Below are positions 56,801 to 64,000 of a DNA stretch of 64,000 bases, one piece after another. Under the pieces are notes generated by a model. The model was given only the letters and a program-made list of their open reading frames with translations, was not told where the DNA came from and made no database searches. This DNA comes from Chrysomallon squamiferum. Taxonomy: Eukaryota > Animalia > Mollusca. A program made the position numbers and the translations under genes. Position 1 is the stretch's first letter, and each line of letters begins with the position of its first letter. Where the stretch lies: positions 35,402,001-35,466,000 of the forward strand of contig CM022665.1 of assembly GCA_012295275.1 (NCBI GenBank), written 5' to 3'.

Positions 56801-57110
56801 TTAATTAATAATGATTGACTGTATTGTTTTTGTTATTAGTTTACTACTTAATAATAATTCATTGTACATTATTATTTACACTCTTGGTTTACTTATTTAT
56901 TTATTTGTATTATTATTTTTAAAGCCAAGGAAGAGAAAGAATGTTTCCCGGGATGAATTTGGGACAAAATTAGGAAGGATTCACATGCAGAAGCAGGATC
57001 TGGCCAAACTTCAGACTCGTAAAATGAAAGGACTGAAAAAACGAAAATCAGAAACCAAATTGAAAACAACAAGTAGCAAGAAAACAAAAACTACATCAGA
57101 GGAAGGATAA
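48141..57110 (+). CDS. RPF2: Ribosome production factor 2 homolog (Brix domain), ~307 aa, 10 coding exons
   Basis: Exons 48141-48160, 49591-49723, 50259-50296, 50626-50665, 52079-52160, 52403-52479, 52977-53076, 54381-54483, 55518-55662, 56925-57110 in one frame. Motifs TRPFEDQTS, HSKKRPNNL, ILDMVELG, DFFRGP, KKSGSRTPRIELDEMGPSLD, GRIHMQKQDL.KLQTRKMKGLKKR. Confidence 0.97.
50790..51473 (+). mobile_element. Internally deleted Tigger/pogo (Tc1-mariner) DNA transposon in RPF2 intron 4
   Basis: TIRs TAGTGGTACCTTGACTTATGAG / CTCGTAAGTCAAGGTACCACTA, inserted in a (TA)n tract. Remnant transposase N-terminus DPKKV..KASSEKKKWMMSIELKHEIIEKHE*GVCLVNMARQY...LKQLELIKAVTPTKGVKIIS*LWTSVHEKMEKL (CENP-B-type HTH) with stops. 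Confidence 0.9.
51499..51566 (+). mobile_element. Orphan end of a hAT (Tip100-like) MITE
   Basis: CAGGGCC...TACAGGCAAACTAGGCAGCCACCTAGGG resembles known hAT-MITE 5' ends; no matching GGCCCTG end found. Confidence 0.4.
53795..53842. repeat. (CA)n microsatellite
   Basis: Pure dinucleotide run in RPF2 intron 7. Confidence 0.93.
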
Positions 57111-58035
57111 AAGTTTATGATTCAGAATGAAGATAATTTTGAAATTTGAGTTTATGATCTGTTATCCCATAAATATTTCAAATTTTGAGGCCAGAGATAG
57201 ATTTTGAGTGTATGATTTGGAATCCCAGTAATGTAGTAATTTGAGATAGTGAGAAAGATTTGATAAATTAAAAATTTCACAGAACAATATCGCTGTTGAG
57301 AAACCAGAAGATTTTGAAATTTGAAAAAAGTTGTTAAATTTTATTTGGGTCTTGTTTAAAAGTTGAAAGATGTTAAGTTATTTTAAATGTTTTTACTACC
57401 ATACACACCTGACAAATATGACATTTCATTGAGATAGGAATCATTTCTTGTGTGACTAACTTGATATTATATCTTTTTAGCAATAATCAAATTTCATTTT
57501 ATGTGAAATTTATATATTGTAGAAATATTTTATTCCGATGCTTTTCTTGTCTTCATTATGAAAATTATGTACATTAAAATGTTTTTGTTTTTTTATTGTT
57601 ATAAATAAAATAAACAATGCTCTATCTGTCTCTTGCTTATCTCTCATGTAATAGTCAAATTTGAAACAGTTATACATTATATTTATTTCTTAGTATGAAT
57701 TGAACTGAAATATACATTTGATTTGTATCTTTTAATGTGAAGAATTTAAAACTGTTGAAAATATATTTGTTAATTACATATTTTTGATATGTTTAGTGTT
57801 CATACCTTTATCTGTATATTTAATACTATCTTTTTTCTTTCCTCTCTCTCTTTTATTTATTTTTATTTTTTTTATAAAAGTGCAGAACCAACATCAACAA
57901 AATAATTATAATAATAATAATAATAATAAATATAATAATTATAATAATAATAATAATAATAGCAATAATAATTTGAAAGATATAACTGAAATACAGAATG
58001 ACAATAAAATAAAATATAAAATTGCCCCTACCTCC

Positions 58036-58085
<50 letters not shown>

Positions 58086-59034
58086 AAATGTATATATATA
58101 TATATTTATTGAAAATTGTCTTTATAATACCTTATATCAAATAAATAAAAAGTTAACCCCACTTTCAAACCTCAAAACCGTTGTACCATCCTCTGTAGTT
58201 AGCATTATGATTAAATGAATCGATGGTTATATTATTTATATAACAGTTATCTTATTATGCATTTTAAAATATATATATAAAATGGTTTCCATTTGAATAA
58301 CAAGCAACAGCTGAAATTAGTGCCACTAGTTGAAGACAGTTATATGACACAAATGTGTATGGACTGTAAAAATCGGGGCATAAAATGTCTGAAAAATTGT
58401 CCTTTAGACATGAGTGACAAAACATTAAAGCGTGACAATTATAACAAAAACTCTTACAGGGAAGTGGGGGGGAGGAAAAAAAAATAACGAAAACATTTGT
58501 CTCGTGCAAAACCTGTTTATTTATAATTTAAAAAAAAAAAAAAAAAAAAAACAGACATTTTACCCTACAAACATACAAACACGGTTTCGGAAAGATGAAC
58601 ACCAGATACAACCAGTATGCACTCTGCCACACAGATTGTTTCTCTACTACGTAACTCACTAATTTTTAACTTAATGCAGACCATGTACCCAAGATTCAAT
58701 ATATAGATTTTATGAAGATTAGCCGTTAGTTCTAGTTCATATTGATATTAGATCAGCTATATGTTGTTGTTTTTTTGTTTTTTTTAAATTCTTATTCCAG
58801 TGCTGTAATCTTCGAGCTTCTGTTCCAGTCAGTGAGAAAATGCAGTTCGATGTTATTTCAGAAACGCCGTGGTCCTTATGATGAATGATAGTTTCAAGGA
58901 CCATTAATTTTGTAAAACATCTGCATAATAAAAATATAACAGTATAAATGTTACCTGCAGTAGTGAGGTGAAAGACTGAATTGTTGGATTAATACGTTAC
59001 TGATGAGAAGGTGTGTGTGTATATATATAAAATA

Positions 59035-59345
59035 ATTCCATTGCTAACGCCTTATAATTGTTTTTCAAAACTGTTTTACTTGAAATCTGGCAACTTTCAT
59101 TAAAGAGAGAGAAAAAGAGGAAAAAACAAAGTATGCAACATGGTTGATTTTGAATTGATAGATACAGAACACACACACACACACAACAACAACAACAAAA
59201 GACAAACATCAAATAAATATATGTGTGGGTATATCTATTTTTATATATATGTATATAAAAGACATCTGTGCACGATTTCATTGCTAACGCACTATCATTG
59301 TCTTTCAAAAATATTTTTCCTGGAAATCTGGTAACGTTTCATTGA
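59035..59345. repeat. Two diverged ~70-bp direct repeats (59035-59105 and 59275-59345)
   Basis: cattgctaacgc.ttat.attgt.tttcaaaa...gaaatctgg.aac.tttcatt is present in both. Confidence 0.75.
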
Positions 59346-62300
59346 CGACAGAAAACAAAAAACCCACTTATTTTACAATACTGATATTTCATCTCCAATC
59401 TCGGTTAACTTTTCGACCAGTTTACAAATATCATTGGATACATGTACTATCATGCCCCAAATTAAATATCTTTTTACTCTGCCTCAGTGTCATGAACTTT
59501 ACTGAATACTGTTGTTTTTTTGGATGATGATCTCTGTTTGCGAAGGATTATCCTTTGTTAAAATTATATAGCGGAATTCACTGCATTTTCTTTGGGTTTT
59601 ATTTTTTTATTTTTTTAAACGTAAATATATTGTTTTTTACATTAATATTTTTGGATCGCCATCACTACTGCTTTATTAGTTGTACAGTAACTGTTACCTC
59701 TTATATATATTTGAACTGTATAGCATCACGATACGTTTCTATATTTTGCTGTCGAGCAAACACTAGCGTAATTTATTGAAATGCACAACCCTTCACGCTC
59801 AACCATAGCTCCATTAATGTACCATCTGCTCAAACCTATACTATATACAAACCATTTCACTTTAACAGTTTAATGAACTATACTCAGAAGCTGTGTTAAA
59901 ACATTTTGATTCTAATATCTATGTGTGGAATTTAACACGGAGTCTTCCCTTTATGAATAACAATTACCTAACACCTTTAGCTACCTCCATCATTTTTTGT
60001 AAAATTCAGCGTAAGCTTTATAAATACATGTTTTAGCCGTTTTGAGTATCAGGTTTCTTCTTTTCACAGTGTTTCCCACGAGTTAAAATAGAAGCTTTTC
60101 AGTGTATCTCGGGTCATCCACAACAATACACGTGTGGCCTCAGTGATTTAAAAAAATAAAATCATAAAAAATTCTCAGCCAGCATTAGGAGTGCAATATA
60201 ACAGATTAACAGAGAGTTTATACAAAACTTGGCGGCTCTCTTGATTGATCCACGTCAACAGAAATGCTGAATGACTTGTAATTAGTGATTAATTGCTAGT
60301 GTTTCAAAAGATGACGTTTTCGGGCTATTTAAAGATGTTTGTAAAAGAAAGAGATACTGTTCTTATAAGAAAATTAGGACCAAGGATCTAGTTAATCATA
60401 CTTTTGATATTTAGACATGTTTAAACTGATAAAATAAAGAAAAGGAAAATTTAAATCTTCTGTTATAAATTGTAGTTATATATCTGAATGTAGTGATATT
60501 AATATAAGTGAAATAATTTAACATTATTTATGATTAATAATTAGGACAGTGACAAATCAATAGTCAAAATTTAAAAAAATAAAAAATAAAAAAGTAAAAG
60601 TAAAATTATAATCTTTTATGTAAGGTTATTAACTTGAATAACGTGTCCATGAGCTTAGCTACGTAACTGAATCTTGTTCCTCAACCTTGCCTTTTGGTGG
60701 TTTTAGTACTTTCACGTGTTTCTGATGTGGATTGCGAAAGACAAAGAATGGAAAGGAAGAAAAGTACTTGGATTTTGTGTTAAATAAAGTAATTTAACAC
60801 TCTGTTACCTGGTTCATTGTTAAATGAAATTTGATACGTATTCTTTCATGTGGGCATGTGCACAAGTGTAATTTCCGAAGCGTTGTTCTGTTGTGACGTC
60901 ATAATTTTATTATCAGTAGTATATAATTCAAACTAGACAATGCACACAAACTAAAAAGGTGTGTCAAGACTTGACTAGATAGTTAGATAAAAATAAGACG
61001 CGAAAAATCTGTCAGTGTCTGAAATTATCTTTCATTTCGTTAAACTTCTGCGCATGTTCTGACCTAGTTCCAATAACCTTTGACCTGGAACGGCCTCGTA
61101 AAACATTTTGACATAAATGTCCATCTGTAGGTTAAATTAAATAAACTCAATGGAATAAAATGTATGAAATAATAATAATAATAATAAAAGCAAACTTCAA
61201 ATACATAAATAAATAATTTCCGAAATTATTATATTAAATAAGCCTATTTTTTTCCTTAGAGACATTTTAAAATTGATTGTTATTTTATTTTTTCATTTAT
61301 TGTTGCTTTATTCATTTATTGTGTGGAGGCTGGGAGCGAGTAATTAGAACGGTTTATGCACATTACTACACGTATCTGTAAACTGATAACTTTGTTATGC
61401 AGATGTTGTTTTGTGGCATTATTTACCTTCAGGTGTTTTTATTTGTGTGTGTTACGATCATGTATTACGTACGTATTGATTTACTAGTATTTAATTTAAA
61501 ATAAATAAATAAATAAAATACTGAAATATTTTACTTATTTATTTTATTAAAAAAAAATATATAATAATAATAAAAAATATCGAATCTCAGTTCAACTTTA
61601 TATAGTTTATAATCTTCTATTGTCCTTGCGCGCGCGCACACACACACACACCGTGCATTACACAGACACTATTTTATAATTAAAACAAGAAAACAGAAGG
61701 AAAATAAATCACATTTTATTGTATTTATTAATATAATTCTGAGTAGACGTGTCAACATGGTTAGCATGAATATATAAATCAACATGATTATAAAATACCA
61801 ACAGTGAAAAAAAAAAAAAAAAAAAAAAAAAATTAAAAATTAAAATTAAAAAACAAAAACATTTGTAAAAATGCATTCTGGGGAAAAATTCTTTGTACAC
61901 ATTATATACCTTGCTTGCCTATAACTTGATACATCTTTTCGTCTTTTCACGTATCGAGCCCAAGTATTAAATCGGTATATTTTTCTATCATTCTGACTAA
62001 CGGTTTAATCTTTCTTCTATATCAAACAAAAGTAATGATAAATTTAAAACCTATAACCCTACTACTAATACGAATACTGGTGTAATCTGGATGCTAAATG
62101 ATAGATAATGTTAGTGAAAAAGGGAGCGACTGTGTTGTTGAACTACTGTAACACACAACACTTAACACAAAGCACCATCTTTTACTGAGGTATAAACGTC
62201 ATACTGGAGTAAGTATTAATATCCTGATTATATATGCATTTATAAATATTTATTTCTGTTTCATTATACGAGCTGCACAAATTTGTAGTTTTTGTTAGTA

Positions 62301-62377
62301 ATAATGTTAGATCCGTGCGTGCATGCTGAAATAATTATTACCAGTGTATCTTAGTGTAGATGTTTGTTTCGGTATTT

Positions 62378-62498
<121 letters not shown>

Positions 62499-63376
62499 TT
62501 GTCATGAAATTTTCCATTTATAATAATCCCTCTTTAAATCTGTCCCTCTCTATGTTCATTCATGTGTATTGTTTAAAAGAAAAAGAAAAAGAAAGAAAGA
62601 AAGAAAAATTAATAAGGCTAGGAAACTAAAACAATAATTAAACCAGAATGTATTATTTAATATTAATATAAAAAAAAATATATTCAAATTAATATGATTG
62701 TCAAAGCTGACAGATGAAATTTGAACCGTACTTCTGTATAATAAAACTATACATACCGACTCCATTAAACATAAACTTTCTTAACCTATAATTGTATATT
62801 ATACTTGGCTGCCATTATGTTCGTATATTTCTTATATAATATACAAATGGGATTGGATAATTATATATAAAGTCTTCGCACAGTTCATTTTTATTTCATT
62901 TTTAATGTGCATGAAATACTGAAATAATCATACAAAGTCAAAATCAGAAGGTAAAAAAAAAAAAAAATCTAAATCTAAATGAAATCAGAAGAAAGATGAA
63001 ATGACTTCAGATCAATTTGAGCTAACTGTGCGTTTCATTACCTAACTATCACGGCAATATCTTGACAAATACAAGATAATTCACTGGTATTAATTGTATC
63101 TGCTTATCCTCGTTCAAGCAAATATACAGAAAAAGATATATTAAAGATCTCTTAATCGCTAAAACTCGCATTTCAAAATACTGCAAAACCCTGCTTATAT
63201 GACCTCTCTCATATGTAGATGATAACGTTAACAACAACGGTTTCAGAAACCTACTTGAAAACAGTTCTTCAATGAACATCTTTTAACATAACATAAAATG
63301 TTTAAAATAAAATGTACAGAGCTATACTGGTACACTGAGAGATGGCCATAAAAATAAAACATTAAATACTCTTCAA

Positions 63377-63810
63377 TTAAAGTAGGGTGTAAATGGGCTC
63401 ATCTAGAACGAAAGTCCCAAGATTAAAGTCTTTATCTGTAAGAGAGCCGAGAGACAAGTCGTTGATGTTTTTGCAACAGGATGGTCCAAGTGGAAAATCC
63501 TTGGTGAAAATCGAATCAAAGGCTAAATCTTTCAAATCAAGAGTACTTAATGGAAGATCTGTGCTGACATCAGACCCTAACAATACATCGATTCCAGGCA
63601 ATGACCCTAACATAGGATCTTCTGAAGCCAGGGAATTGAGGGAGACATCTCTGTTTGTTAAAGCTAAATCCTTTTCGGGATAAACGTTGTCCATACTTAA
63701 ACAGGATTCGTCTGTGGGAAGCTGCATGCTAGTCAATGACTCTTCTCTGAGACTGGGAATACCACTCATTAGGGAAGTTTCTGAACTTGTTGTCAGAAAA
63801 GATCCAAACA
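63377..63810 (-). CDS. Terminal coding exon of an unidentified gene that continues beyond the window; acidic, Ser/Leu/Asp-rich tail
   Basis: Acceptor TTTTCACAG at 63811, phase 1, 434-nt open frame to TAA at 63379-63377. GC content clearly above the flanks; degenerate xDxxLGSL repeats; ends DEPIYTLL. Confidence 0.7.
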
Positions 63811-64000
63811 CTGTGAAAACAGAAAAATATTTAAAAAAAAATACTACTACTGCTGCTGCTGCTTCTGCTACTACTACTACTACCACCTATCAGTATTTCT
63901 ACCACCACTGCCTCTTCACTGCTGTTATTACTACACGTATTAATACTATTACAACTGCTACTACCACAATTACTTTCACTACTGTTACAGTTACTACTAC

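Noticed and set aside
57784-58218. 144-aa ORF and other poly-SL/RE/K/N ORFs in the track
   Set aside because: They are microsatellite and poly-A translations, or antisense shadows of real exons (e.g. 31802, 34214, 63393).
60073-61087. Isolated TF motifs (CSL-type TTCCCACG at 60073, CACGTG, DR1-like TAACCTTTGACCT near 61074)
   Set aside because: Single short motifs are expected by chance in 64 kb, and no supporting conservation is visible.

Overview
AT-rich, intron-containing animal genomic DNA, dense in microsatellites and probably lophotrochozoan/molluscan (taxon is inference). Four conserved multi-exon genes were rebuilt by hand with phase-consistent splice junctions: CIP2A (minus, 22 coding exons, one GC-AG intron), EXT2 (minus, 10 exons), PPP1R32/SAXO4 (minus, 12 exons) and RPF2 (plus, 10 exons, head-to-head with SAXO4). 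The terminal exon of an unidentified gene lies at the right edge. The first 14 kb is the unusual part. It holds a complete 4-exon gene, invisible in the ORF track, for a 107-aa six-cysteine protein with a signal peptide and GPI-type tail that resembles a stand-alone RGM N-terminal (BMP-binding)/neuritin-like helical domain. Nearby are a decayed tandem paralog, an inverted duplicate of the gene's proximal promoter, a 2.9-kb 30-bp satellite, and two hAT elements with perfect 8-bp TSDs, one carrying a higher-order minisatellite. All homology calls come from remembered sequences, not database searches.
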